A stretch of 60,728 nucleotides of DNA from Chara braunii (taxonomy: Eukaryota; Plantae; Charophyceae). Positions 38,862-52,683 of this stretch are shown here, one piece after another. Within the stretch, counting starts at the first letter, position 1, and each line of letters opens with the position of its first letter. The stretch is from positions 222,562 to 283,289 of the forward strand of contig BFEA01000047.1 in the NCBI GenBank assembly GCA_003427395.1, written 5' to 3'. The translations under genes and the position numbers were made by a program. The notes beneath the pieces were generated by a model. The model was not told the DNA's origin. It saw only the letters and a list, made by a program, of their open reading frames with translations, and did not search any database.

Positions 38862-40505
38862 ACTGATTCTGCAGCATGGTACGCTGGTCACTTGCCCACC
38901 CATTGCTGAATGTCAATTCTTGAGCACAGGAAGCATCAGCTCTCCACACAGCCACATTCAGTGGGTCCCCGCCCTTCCCGGTTACCAGAACCGGACCGGT
39001 GACTGCTAATGTAGATGCTGCAATCCTGGGAGAAATTCGGACTGTCGTAGCAGACAACATAAATGTTGTCAGAAGTGGCTGCAGGAGATGATAGCCTGCA
39101 CACTGTCACTGCTGCTGCTGCTGCTAAATGCGTGCCTCCGCAGACTGAAGAGTGACTGCAACCCAACCCTGCACGGCTCCAGGAAAGTGATCTGAATAAG
39201 TTGAGTTGAGCGCAGGGTTTGTCATTTGCCGCCCCCTTCCTCCACTGATTCTCACCCTGCTGAACCCCGACCAACATCAGCAGCACCATCATCTGCATCT
39301 TCCTCTACATCATCCCCTCCGCCTACTGTCTCCCCTTCTTCTTCCTCCTCTTCTCCCCTCCGTCATCCTCTTCGTAGTCAGCACGTTGATGATCAGATCA
39401 GTCGTCACAGATGCCTCTTCGGCACATACATTCCCCATCTCCACTGCCATCTCCCAATCAGCAGCCTCATTTGCACATGAACCGCATGACCATTGCACCC
39501 GTGCTGGGAGTCAGAGATCTACACCTCTGGTATGCTCGCGAACTCAGAGAACGATACCAGCGCTCCCAAGTACAGGCGAGCCAGGAACAGTACATACCGA
39601 GTCCGCTGTCCACACTGTGCAGCAGGAGCCACAGGCTGTAGCCCCCTGTGCAGCATTCGTTGCATNNNNNNNNNNNNNNNNNNNNNNNNNNNNNNNNNNN
39701 NNNNNNNNNNNNNNNNNNNNNNNNNNNNNNNNNNNNNNNNNNNNNNNNNNNNNNNNNNNNNNNNNNNNNNNNNNNNNNNNNNNNNNNNNNNNNNNNNNNN
39801 NNNNNNNNNNNNNNNNNNNNNNNNNNNNNNNNNNNNNNNNNNNNNNNNNNNNNNNNNNNNNNNNNNNNNNNNNNNNNNNNNNNNNNNNNNNNNNNNNNNN
39901 NNNNNNNNNNNNNNNNNNNNNNNNNNNNNNNNNNNNNNNNNNNNNNNNNNNNNNNNNNNNNNNNNNNNNNNNNNNNNNNNNNNNNNNNNNNNNNNNNNNN
40001 NNNNNNNNNNNNNNNNNNNNNNNNNNNNNNNNNNNNNNNNNNNNNNNNNNNNNNNNNNNNNNNNNNNNNNNNNNNNNNNNNNNNNNNNNNNNNNNNNNNN
40101 NNNNNNNNNNNNNNNNNNNNNNNNNNNNNNNNNNNNNNNNNNNNNNNNNNNNNNNNNNNNNNNNNNNNNNNNNNNNNNNNNNNNNNNNNNNNNNNNNNNN
40201 NNNNNNNNNNNNNNNNNNNNNNNNNNNNNNNNNNNNNNNNNNNNNNNNNNNNNNNNNNNNNNNNNNNNNNNNNNNNNNNNNNNNNNNNNNNNNNNNNNNN
40301 NNNNNNNNNNNNNNNNNNNNNNNNNNNNNNNNNNNNNNNNNNNNNNNNNNNNNNNNNNNNNNNNNNNNNNNNNNNNNNNNNNNNNNNNNNNNNNNNNNNN
40401 NNNNNNNNNNNNNNNNNNNNNNNNNNNNNNNNNNNNNNNNNNNNNNNNNNNNNNNNNNNNNNNNNNNNNNNNNNNNNNNNNNNNNNNNNNNNNNNNNNNN
40501 NNNNN

Positions 40506-42765
40506 CTGGCACTATATCACAACCTGAGCCCACGACACGAAACTAACGCACATCGAGTAAAATGGGTGGTTAAGATATTAACCAAACAATCCCTGGCTTG
40601 GAACGAAACGGCTTTAGAGTCTAGACAGTATCTGGTCCTTGACTCCCACTGAAAACCCACCAACATGTCCGGCCTATTTTCAATTACGAACAAAGAACGG
40701 AGCAAACGAAGGACAACAGGAAACCCCGCCACGATCAGAACAGCACCCTTACCCCTACTGGACAGCACTGCTCAGAATATGGAGGAAAATCATGCCTGAG
40801 AAAACATGCAAAAGCCCAGGTCCAAAGAAGACGAGCACCTCTCTCCAGGAACCCAGGCGTAAGAGATGATGGAAATCACCCATGGATGCTAACCTCTAAG
40901 GACGGCTGATGGCTGTTGCGGGTCAACGATGGGATATGGAAGATAAGTCACTTATAGAATGAGGAAAAACGTGAGTGCTTAGGGGAAACTCAGTTCAAAA
41001 CCCATCCCAAAGGATAACATCATAGCAAGGAGAATCTTCGAGAGATGACGAGTACTCCTGAATGCTGAAAAGAAATTCCCGAAGAGGAATTCGCCTGGGG
41101 CTAGAAAATAAAGAAACGCTCCCAGACCACACATATCAATTCTCCCACAGACACGAAGCCGGGAACTTCGCTGCGGTGTTTATATCCTTCCCAATGACCC
41201 ACTCCAACACTGATGCCCCCCTCTCTATTTTGAACAAAGTCCCAAAAGAAATCACCCTAATATTTATAGTCCCAAAAGAAATCACCCTAATATTTATACC
41301 TTATGCAAAGTAAGTGTTGGGGCTACGACTAAAAAGTATAAAAACCATATTCCAAACAGGATCAGGCCCCAGGGGCAGAAAAGTCGCACGACCATACCAA
41401 TAACAGAATCAAATTGGGCTATGGGCTGCTACTCAAGAGAAAGGACCCTGAACCAACTATCAAGCATCGACGGATAAGGCTACTACGAGACGAGGCCAAC
41501 TTTTTATCCCCAAAATACGGCGGAAGAAATTGAAAACAATACGACCAGTTCAAGAGTCTCCAGGGGCTTATACTTACACTTCCCTGCCTGTCGGGATCAC
41601 TCACTGCCTGCACATTAGAACAAACAGTGATACGAACAGCTCTGAAGTCTGTACAGTCTGACCAAGAACAAGAAGATACAATTCACTGTCTAATTAAATG
41701 TAAAGCAGCAACAGAATACTGGGCTGGACAATCTATTCTATTCCACCTTCCCTGAACACCCCATCCAGCTCCTTCTCTGGACTAACATCCCATCCCATTT
41801 TGGTGAACCACAAAACCTCGTATGGACTGATCCGCAACGCAACACTGTGGGCTAAGAAAGTCGCAGCAGAACGCTCGACAACCCCCAGAACTCACATGAC
41901 ACAAAGTCTGGACCGAAATCCTGTGTCAAGGGCGAGAAGAGTCGAAGGTGCAATTCCAAGCAACCCCGACACTGGACAGAAAACGTTGGAGAATTTCAGA
42001 ACGGTCTGGTTAGCCAGAGGTAAGGTGGCAGGCATCCACGATATAAGGCTGCGGTTAAGGGACTGACATAACTCGTACACAGCACAGGATGAGGCAGACA
42101 AAAATTCCAAAGGAAGGGAGAACTTTTAGAGCCTCATGCGGTCGTGATGGTCACCAGTGGAGCGAACAACAACGGGCTAGGAAGCAATGACTGGCAACGC
42201 TAATCTAAGGCAGTCACAGACGCAGAATCGTGGAAACCTTTCTCGTGATTCTTGTTTCAAAGAGGGAAATCTGCCAGGTTCAGTGTTTGAGCCCGAAAGG
42301 CATTCGTGAGAGAGGCAGGCTGACAGTTAATCCTCCTGAAATACGGAGCAGTCAATGCTGTTGAAGGGTCCTCAGAGCCCCATGTAGTCGTGATGACCAG
42401 AAGTGGAGCGAACAGCAACGAACGAGGAAGCAATGACTGGCAACGCTGATCTAAGGCAGTCACAGACGCAAATTCGCAGAACCTTTCTTGTGATTGTTGT
42501 TTCAAAGAGGGGAAAACAGCCAGGTTCAGAGATGGAACCTGAAAGGAACTCATGAGAGAGGCAAGCTGAGAGTTAATCCTCCTGAAATATGGAGCAGTCA
42601 ATGCTGTTCAAGGGTCCCCGACCAAATGGAAGGAAGCGTGAGGGTGTTAATGATGTATATTTGTGACTTGCCGGGAGAAAAGGAACTGGACTGACGCTCC
42701 CCAGATTCCCAGAATGGATACGGAGCCAGGACTATAAGGATCTGTTTTTGTTTAACAAAAAACGA
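40506..42765 (+). mobile_element. Highly decayed LINE 3' portion with a ~245-bp tandem duplication in the 3' UTR
   Basis: Remnant peptides PYWTALLRIWRKI and EQEDTIHCLIKCKAATEYW. Duplicated blocks at ~42130-42372 and ~42373-42620. Same terminal tail as the 32396 element. Confidence 0.7.
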
Positions 42766-42959
42766 AAGAAATTGTCAACTGGCATCCATTCAAGGACTTC
42801 ACCTCAGGTGGAAAGACTGGCATAACTCCTGTCCGCTTCAGAGAGCATGGGGCATTTACCTCCCACAGCCTCAGGACTTCAGCGCTACATAGCACTGACA
42901 TACGACATCGAGTACACTTACAAACAACCGGGTCACGACACTCAAGATTTACAGCAGCT

Positions 42960-43250
42960 CTTCTCTCTGTGTTTCTTGCATTTAAGTTTATCTGACAGGG
43001 TCTCTGATGGAGACTCTGAGAGGAATCACAGGGGAAGGCAAGCTGGCAGTCAATCCTCCACCAAGTGGAGTAATCAATGCTGTCCAGAGATCCTTTGGCC
43101 AGACGGAAGGATGCGTGAGTGGATATATGCTGTAATACTGCTACTTTGACTTCACGGGGGAACAGGAACCGGACTGATGCTCCCCAGAATGGATATGGAG
43201 CCAGGACCACAAGGACCTGTTAAAAAAAAATAATAATTAAAAAAAAAAAT
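42960..43250 (+). mobile_element. Further LINE 3'-tail copy with A-rich end
   Basis: GGCAAGCTGGCAGTCAATCCTCC...GGAACCGGACTGATGCTCCCCAGAATGGATATGGAGCCAGGACCACAAGGACCTGTT followed by an A/TAA tail. Confidence 0.75.
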
Positions 43251-44148
43251 TGCAAACAGGTAGAAGTGGTGCACCAAGCCGTTTGCCCATAGGATGATAG
43301 CCTTGGATATGTGCGCATGTGTGTTAAATTTTCACCACAACAGCTCCTGTTCCACCCCTTCTATTTGTTATTGCAACTCCCGTTTTACTGTGTCTCTCAC
43401 GTACAAGGTTGGCTACATTGATTGTGGTTAAGCGCCAGCTGCCCACATCCCCGAGTGCCTTAATGGCCCACTTGCATGTTACGAAAGGAGGCAGAGAAAA
43501 GGTGGAGTTTTACAGTTTTTACTCCTGTTCATTTTTCTTCAGATCTTCAGCTTATATTTTGTAAGATCTCTTAATGATGTTCATTCGTGTGCATTTACTA
43601 GTAGCACACAAGAGGGAGGAAGGAAAGGGGTAGGGGGCGGAGCACTGTAAGAAGCGAGGGGCGGGGGAGGGAGAGTGGGTAGAGGAAAGTGGAGGGGTAA
43701 AGAACACAACAAAGGAAACAAACTTCACAGGGTTCCCAATACTCACCGCTGGAGCAGACTACTCTAGTCTAGCACAAGAGGCCAGTTATCACCTGTACTT
43801 GTTATTGCAGCTCCCTCTTTACTGTGCCTCTCACGTACAAAGCTGGCCAGGTTGATTGTGGTTAAGCGCCAGCTGCCCACATCCCTGTGTGCCTCAACGG
43901 CCCACTGGCACATTGTGTATGTGTATGTGTGTGCATGTACATTTTCGAGTGACACCACAACCACCCTTCCTCCACCCAGATTAGTAGATGGAAAATGGAA
44001 ACAGCCTTACCTTCAATATTCTATGAAGTGGCATCTTGTGAAAGAAAAGAGCGCACTTTGACAAACCACAGGCATGAACAGCACACTGAAATCTTTCTTT
44101 TGCCTCCGTATGCAGTTCTTCCTTTTCTTTCCTTTAATTACCTCTTCT

Positions 44149-44246
<98 letters not shown>

Positions 44247-44541
44247 NNNNNNNNNNNNNNNNNNNNNNNNNNNNNNNNNNNNNNNNNNNNNNNNNNNNNN
44301 NNNNNNNNNNNNNNNNNNNNNNNNNNNNNNNNNNNNNNNNNNNNNNNNNNNNNNNNNNNNNNNNNNNNNNNNNNNNNNNNNNNNNNNNTGTGAAGTTGCA
44401 TTTTGTCAAATATCTATCAACTAAAAGAGTGCGCTTTGACAAACCATAAAAGTGCACACCACAAGCATGAACAGCACACAGATCTTTCTTGGCCTCTCCG
44501 TATGCAGTTCTTCCTTTTGTTTCCTTTAATTCCCTCTTCTC

Positions 44542-44610
<69 letters not shown>

Positions 44611-47600
44611 GTCTCTCTCTCTCTTCCCCATCGTTTCCATGTGTTACATCACTCACAGAGGCCGCATCACAAAAATAAACAGCCTTGGCCCCATCGAGTG
44701 AGTGGGATCATGCAGCTGCAGCATGACACATAAAACAAGAGGGAAGGGAGAGAGACAGACGGAGAGGATAGAGAAACTAGAAAAGAAAAAGGGAGACAGA
44801 GGGAGAGAAAGAACATTGTGCCGTGACACACAGGCACCAAGTCGTGACACAAAAGGGAACCCAAGCCCACCTCCACACACTGTTCATGGAGACGGTCACA
44901 AACACGCACACAACCACAGAGAGAGAGAGAGAGAGGTAGAGAGAGAGAGAGAGAGAGAGAGACGGACAAAAGGACGAATGGATGGACCGACGGACGGACC
45001 GACCGACCGACAGACAGACAGACACAGAAACAGAGAGAAAAGCGGAGGGGAGCCAGAGAAAGATAGAGAAAAATAAATAGAGAGAATCATTAGAGATACA
45101 GAGAGAGAGAAAAGGTATGCTTGTGACAAAAGATTGCGCTTTCGAGGCACAGTGAGGGAAGTTGATGGCACACTTCTTGCAAGGTGAGAAAACCACGAGG
45201 CTCGCAAACGGCCGATAGGGATAGGGCGGGAGGAAAGGCACAATGGGAGCTTACGATGCTCAGGGGAAGAGGGAGAGGGTGATGCAAATTTTCAGGAGGA
45301 ACCGTGGCAGCCCGCACCCTACTTGTTTTTTTTGCTCATTCAGTTGGAGCACACTTCGCCAGATTGTCAGATTTCGTGAAACGGTTGCGCAGGAACACAT
45401 CACAAATTTCTTTCGCTGGGTAGCTAGCGACCTCCATAACTTTTTCATCTGGGCATCAACAGCTTTTGCGGGTGGGCTGATCTTAAGAAGCTGAGATCAG
45501 CCGCTAAGTTCGCGAACTTAAAACGTCGGGTACAGTGCATGTGTCACATCTGTTGCTTCGCTTATGACTTGAGTGTATCTTTTGCTTGTGAGTGGTATGC
45601 TGGAAAGTTGTCAATCTTCCATGTGTCGTGTCTACGGTCAATCGCAATGCTGACTTATACATACCTACAACGACATGGATGGGAACATTGGGAAGTTTAT
45701 AATATTAGTATTTTTCTGAGTGTTGAGGATGTGGTTTTTACTCGAACCTGTTCAGCATGTCACTCGACTTCTCTATCTTTGTTATTTATGCTTCCTTTCC
45801 TCTTTTCCCCCCAATGTTGTTTTCCAGCTTCCCTGTGTTTGCCATCTTCTTATCAGTTTATGCTCCTAGAACATAAACCCGTTCATGGTTTGCTCCACGA
45901 GGCCTGCTATGTTCACGTGCATGTCTGCCGTCGCATAATTCAAACTCCATGTGTTTCATGACGCTGCCTCTTCAGGCTTGGACCACTTGAGCAGTAGTTC
46001 GAATTCAAGAATTAGATGTGTCGTCATCAAAATTTACTACCGTTGAAATAGAAGGTAACCAGACTAGTTTGCTCGCCCTCATCCTCATTGGTAGCGCATG
46101 CATACAAATTCCTGTGCACACCCACATGCTCAGCTTGGGCATGCATGCACCATTGCTCCTCTGTGTCTATGCCAGTTGTCATGCTCACTGAGAAGTTGAG
46201 AACCACTTCAGCATAATGTTGAGAGTGTCTTCTCAGACTTTTCCCTCATACATCTGTGTGTGGTGTATCTGCTAAATGCCACTCCACAAAAACAGGGTGA
46301 CCGTGACAGAGGGTCTCCTCAGCCTTTCACATGCTTGTAAGGCCCTTGGACCCTCGGCATCATCATCATTACCATCTTGTTCTTCTTCCTCCTTTCGTCT
46401 GCATTTTGAGCATCCAGGTCAAGGTTCAGCCCCATTGTCCATGCTCCTCTGCATCTTCTCTTTCATCTCCCGCTTGCCCCTGCTCATTTTGCGTCTCTTC
46501 TTTCTTATTGCTTGATCGGCACAACCACATGCCAGTTGCCCAAACACGAAATGACAGAGCATTATGACTTCGGAGTACCCCATGACACAGTCCATCTCAG
46601 GGCCATCTCCCGAAGCCCCTGCCCCAGAGTCTGGGCATATTCCTGAGGCACCAATCTGGGGCACACCAAAGCTACACTCTAAACTGACAGCGAGAAGAGT
46701 GAGGCACACACAGGCTACACAACTTTAGCCATGCTCTAATCCGACACGCATGCAAGGCAAGACCTACCGAAGCAGCAGAAAGAAAGACCATCTGCTTTGA
46801 TGATTTGCCAACAAACACTTCCCACAATATGTAGAAGCAAACAGTAGATTGCACCTTCCTATCTCCAGAATCGTCTGAATACCTACAAAGTTACAAACCC
46901 TCGCTTAAGAGAGTAAGCCGGCTAACTCCAAAGGCATAGTGCTACCCCAACGAGTACAGAGCCAGGCCCTGTTAGGAAAAAAGTTCAAAACACAAAGAGA
47001 AAAAGTGAGCAGCCATATTAAGAAATCCACAGCTAAGGAACAAATGGCTTTTGCTACAGAGAGCAAGCACATAAACAACAAGCCCAAAGAGAACAGAGAT
47101 GAGCATAGCTAGGGACCAACCACAGAGGCCCCTCGGTCATGCTCGTCACCCATCTCCAAGCCTCGATTCAAGCATATCACTACTGCAGATGCAAAAAAGA
47201 ACCCTTTTTTATATAGGATAAGAAGACTTTAAAACACAGGTAACTACAAGAGGCTCAGAACTTACAAAAAGCTCAGAACAAAAAAATTGTGGGCCTTTTT
47301 TCTAAGGTGTGTCTAAAATTCAATCTTGAGGGCCTTTTTTTTAAGGGCGATGGCCTTGAGGTATTATCATCAGACCAACCAGCCCAGGTAAATTCAATCT
47401 TGTGTCTAATCTGACATCGGGTGGCCTTTTCAGCCCAGGGTGGCCTTTTCAGCCCAGGGTGGCCTTATTGCCTTCAGGGAACCCCCAGTGGGGGACACCG
47501 GCCAGAAGACAGCCGGTAGCAGAGGGACCGAGCATCATCTGAGAAGCCAGTCGCTGTGCCTCCCCGATTACCCCTCTCCCTATGAACATCAGCAGAGACT

Positions 47601-47805
47601 GCTTTTAATTGCCAATTGGGGGGACCAGCGGGCTATCTCTAGGTGGCAGGCGAATGCCACTTGTGTGCCTTACCAAACTGAGCTAGGCCACTGGATAAAG
47701 TCCGTGCCTTTCAAAACCAGTTGCATTCTTTACTAGTTTCTTATTTCTCCCTTTTTCCTCGTGTTTTAACCAGCATTTTCTTTCTTCAGCTTCATGCTTT
47801 CTTTC

Positions 47806-47850
<45 letters not shown>

Positions 47851-47864
47851 CTTTTTTTTTTTTT

Positions 47865-47883
47865 AAATGTGTTTAAGAGACAG
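47865..47883 (+). other. Probable error-containing Nextera adapter remnant at a chimeric junction
   Basis: AAATGTGTTTAAGAGACAG is 17/19 identical to AGATGTGTATAAGAGACAG. It follows a 50-nt T run and precedes 51 bp that differ by one base from 40617-40667. Confidence 0.7.
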
Positions 47884-48009
47884 GAGTCTAGACAGTATCT
47901 GATCCTTGACTCCCACTGAAAACCCACCAACATGACCTCTCCTACAACATCCCCATTAGGTAATATTCTTTCTGCCCANTGCTTCTCAACGGCAAGCAAA
48001 GTCTTTTGA

Positions 48010-51000
48010 AACAAGCAGCGGGGGGAATCGACAGAAAAGATAGTCGGCCTACCCCTGTGGCTCGAGCCGCCTATCCAAGGGGGGGGTTGCTCCGGGACCA
48101 CCCGCTCCCCCCCTTTGGCCTGTCCTTAGGGATCCTCCAAGTCGCGAAGCTAACTAGCAGCACCCAAGCACACTGCAGGACAATCCCTAAGGGATCAAGG
48201 TACGGGGGGCCGGGGGGGGTGGGGGTTGTCCTAGCAGCCGCTCAGGCCGCCTGTTACTTACTCACACCTTCCCACCCCGTGTACCGGAGTCCAGCATTTC
48301 CTCTGCCTCCTATCCCCGTGTCATCTGTATCCCTGAACCCTTCTGACCTTGGTATCCTATCTCTCCTACCATCAGGTTTTTCTTGGCTTTAAACCTGCCT
48401 TGCCTACCCTAAGCCTTAACCCTATCTACCCATGCTTGATCCTTTGTGGTATTAGCACCGAAAGCGGCCGAAGAAGATCAAACACGGTCCACACTACCTT
48501 GGGTCCTGCACTATACATATCTGCGCGATTGCTATATTCTAACCCCAGCCTTTTCTTGACCCTTTTACCCTCTTACCCCCCCCTATAGGTGAACACTCCC
48601 CCTCTTGCCCCGTACTATAATACAACTATTTCCCTCCCATTATCGGGAGCTCCCATACAACCCCGCCCATCCCTCCTAACTATGGTACACATCGGCTGAG
48701 GTCAGTCCTTTCGTCTTGGGGACTAGGTGCATGGCGCATTAAGATGGGGCCAACCCGCATCCAGGCCGTCTGGGGGTCGCGGTTGAGCAGTTGCGGGTAC
48801 GGGCTCCATCTTTCCCAGAACGCTTGTTTCCCTTGCTCCTCCGTGCGGCTGCTCCTCCCGAGGTTGGCCATAAGGGCAGTCCTGATATTTTCCAGCGCCC
48901 TCTCTTCATACACTTGGAGCGGTGGCGCTGTTCCCTGCCTGCATCGTTCATTTCACAGGGTCCACAGGGCCCATAGTGCTGCTGCTCATATTGTTTCTGC
49001 AGCCAGCATATCTTCCTTTCTGGACCTATCCAGCTTCAGTAGGGCCCCCAAGAGGATGGCAGCGTCGTCCATCTCTGTGACCTCCAGCAATGATCCATCT
49101 GCCACATCGTGTGCCCACCATTCGCAGAATGCCCTGACTATCAGTCTATCAGGCACCGCACAAACAGATGGGGGATAGACTACTTGTCCGCACCCCGCAG
49201 CACATTCCTGGTCCTTGTGTTGGCTCCTACGTGCCAGCCATTGCGCTGTTGGGATCACCAGGTGATAAATTTGCCATAGCAGCCCAGCCTGTTTCTGATC
49301 TGGCAGGGGTGCCAAGATGGCACATTGCTCGTTCCACATCTTCTTCATCCACCTCGTCTGCATCCTTTGGGCCGGCCACTCCCACTCCCTTGGATCCCCC
49401 GTGAGATCCCGTCTCCTTGTTGCCATCTGGTATGTCAGGTAGCATCCTTCCCCTTCCCTCCATCCTTCGCACATCGCCACGGTTTCAAATAGATTCCTGT
49501 CCACCACCTTGGGGAAACCCCCTTCCTGCCTACCGACCTGCTGCAGCGGAGCCCCCAGTCCTTCATAACCTGAGTTCAACACCCAGGCACCACCTGTTCT
49601 ATCATCTCCGGTCTCCGCAGTCCCCTCACTTTCAACCACTCCCCCGTTGTTACTTCGGAGGGATGGCTTCTCTCAGGTCTTGCAATCTTTGCCTTCGTCT
49701 CATCTGCCCCTGCTGAGCTTCCACCATGTCGTTGTCAGAGCGCCAGTCCTTTCGCCGTTCGTCCCATAGATGACCCACATTATAGATTCCTTGCTCGGCC
49801 CACTTCCATCCGAATGCCCCTCACAGGCCCAGCCAGGGGTAAGGATCACCGACCTCGTTGCAGATGAATCTGTCCTCAAACAGCAGCTGATTGTAGACAG
49901 CATCGGCGGTTGCAGATAGGCTGCATCTTAATCTTATCTTCTTCCACAGTGCCAATTTTGTTGCCCATACCGTGTCTCTGCAAAAGTGGCCTATTGCTGT
50001 GTTGCTGACCAAGCAGAGGTCAACCATCTCTCTCGGCACTCGAAGAAGAGAGAATGAAACTGTAGTTTGCCTTATTCAATTTCTTGAAATTGAAATAGGC
50101 TGATAGCTCAGTGGATAAGAGCATATAGTTCCGAACTATAATGTCAAGGGTTCAAATCCCTGGAGTGCATAAGCCAAGTGGGTCCGGGCAACTTCCTCCC
50201 AGACGCCCCCTACCGTGCTCAGCAAGTACCAAAGCAACTGGCGTAACTGCAGGGCAATAATCTGCTGCCTTGGGTCCAGTAAGCCCAGTCCACCAAACCT
50301 TCCTGGCTGGATGAGCTTGGTCCAAGCGACTCTACAAATAGAGTCCTATGCTTCCCCGACATTCGACCATAGGAGTGCACGTATTGCCCTCTTTATATAT
50401 CTGAAGGTGCATTTACCAGGCATGTGCATTGCGCCCGCGTACCATCAGTGTCGCGAGTACAGAATTCTTGATAACGAGGGCCCTCCCAAATACCCCCATA
50501 CTGGCCCTCGTGCTCCACGCCTTGATTCTGGCTACCGCCGCCGTGGCTCTAATCGCCATCTGTTCTATTCCCCAAAGCTTGGTGTCAAGTTGGGCCCCAG
50601 GAAGGACATCCTCTCTCCTTCATCCACTGTAGGGATGTCCCATCCTTCCGGATCCATCCAGATCCATCCGGTAAATACCCCTCTGGGGGGAGGACTGTCT
50701 TTGACTTCCTCCAGTTGACCCGTGCTCCCGAGTACTTGCAGAAAATATCGAGGCCTCCTTGAGGATCCCCAGTTGATGAGTTGCCAGGGCGATCACTGCT
50801 CCAGAGTCGTCCGCAAAGGCTGTAGTCTGCAGTTCTTCAGCTTGGTTGGCCTTCATAGCGAGCAGCCGTTCGTCCGCTCTCAAGATATCGTGCACGGCCT
50901 CTATGTAGATGATGTTTAGGGCCGGGGACAATGGGCATCCTTGCCGCACAGATCTGGTCACCTTCAGCTTATCCGACCTGACCCCAGGTCGATGGAGATG

Positions 51001-52232
51001 AACGCCTTGGCGCATCCTGTGCATCGATCCTCCTCAAGAATTTGCTGCGCCAAGATGATTTTCGAGAAGATTTGGCATCCCCGTACAAAACCCGTCTGAG
51101 TGCAGTCTATAATCTGTGGCAGCACTTCCTTCAGGCGGGTTGCCATCACCTTGCGCCAATTCNNNNNNNNNNNNNNNNNNNNNNNNNNNNNNNNNNNNNN
51201 NNNNNNNNNNNNNNNNNNNNNNNNNNNNNNNNNNNNNNNNNNNNNNNNNNNNNNNNNNNNNNCTATAATCTGTGGCAGCACTTCCTTCAGGCGGGTTGCC
51301 ATCACCTTGCGCCAATTCCAAACATCCTCCTTTGCCCCCTTCTTGTACAGTAGCACCGCGTAGGCATCCGCGAAGCTCTATGGGAATGAGCCATCCTTGA
51401 GAGCTTCGTTATCTGCCGCGGCCAGGAGGATCATGAAGAAATTCCAAAATTCTTTGTACGTTTCCACTGGCATCCCATCCATCCCAGGTGATGATATTGC
51501 CTCCAGCCTACAGGACCGTTCCAAATCCAAACCCGTACGGTCATGCTTCCACATTTCCTGTTCCTGCACCGTTGCATATCTGCGGCCGTCCCTTCCTCTT
51601 CGGTTAGCAGCTCGTGATGGGGTGCGTTGTCTTGCCTGGCTTTCGTGAAAAGGGTGGTGTGCTCGAATGGTGCACTGTCTTGCCTGGCTTTCGTCAAAAG
51701 GCTGGTCCATGGCTGTCATCATTGGTGTGCCTTTGTGTGTGCTGACAGTGGCAAAGAATTCCCGTGACATACGTTCCCCCACCACCATCCACGCCTCCTT
51801 CATGCGCCTTGCCCATTTGACCGCATCCTCCCCTTGCCACTCCCTCCAGGCACAGGCCGCTTCAATCCTCTCAGCCCACCACTCTTCGTCTGTTTGATCT
51901 TCGACCGGGCCGCTGTTGAGCCCCTCCAGCCTATTAGCATATTCATCTCCCGTCCTTTGGTGCGCCAGATAGCTGCAGTGCAGCTGCTTTGCTAGTTCCT
52001 GCCTCAAATCCTGGGTTGCCGACGCGAGATTCGCCAATATATTGTCCTGCTGGCACTCGTTCCTCCATTCCTCCCAGAATCGAGCCACCGTCGGCCGGAA
52101 CTCCTTACTCTTGAAAACCCAGGCCGGAATCGACTTCGGGGGGTGGCTCATCTCCAGCTTCCCCACTGGATAGCTCACAATCACCGCCGAGTGGTCCGAT
52201 GTTGCCATCGGGGATATGTGCACATTTACCAT
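48010..52232 (-). mobile_element. 5'-truncated, degenerate L1/Tx1-like LINE ORF2 (endonuclease end, RT, zinc-binding region) plus probable 3' UTR
   Basis: SDHSAV, SPGMDGMPVETYKEFW, LLYKKGAKEDVWNWR, QTGFVRG, SVRQGCPLSP, AFADD and WQIYHLVIPT...CAAGCG occur in the expected order across broken frames. The 3' boundary is approximate. Confidence 0.9.
50097..50161 (+). tRNA. trnR-CCG: 3'-truncated tRNA-Arg(CCG) pseudogene of plastid type (probable NUPT)
   Basis: D arm GCTC-AGTGGATAA-GAGC. Anticodon arm TATAG-TTCCGAA-CTATA. T arm AGGG-TTCAAAT-CCCT. The 3' acceptor strand is absent. Preceded by ~55 bp of AT-rich non-LINE sequence. Confidence 0.75.
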
Positions 52233-52607
52233 TTAACTTCCTTATACCACCAGTTCATACGAGCCTAAGTTGACAAAGCTATCTTCCAAGGCTCGCGAGC
52301 CTGCAACTCGCTCTCATTTCCACGATGTCTTTTACTTTTTCAAATTGTTGTCTTTATTGCTTTCGCCGCGGCTTCACTTTTTCCTTTCAGCTTTTCCTTA
52401 TGGTTTACTTAGCTTCTTTCCCTTTAGGCCAACAGAAGCTCACAAGAGAACCAACCCTCTCTTGTTCTCTCTCAGTTATTCCGTTATTAACTCGTATAAC
52501 AGGCATGTGGAAGCCGTACTGCCGTAGGGTATCATCACTCTCCTTTTTCTTTCTTGGTTTGTCTTCCCCCCTCTACCCCTTGTTCTCTTCAAAACTGTTG
52601 ATGTTTT

Positions 52608-52683
<76 letters not shown>

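Noticed and set aside
23427-40652. Long ORFs containing X runs
   Set aside because: They are open only because they cross N gaps.
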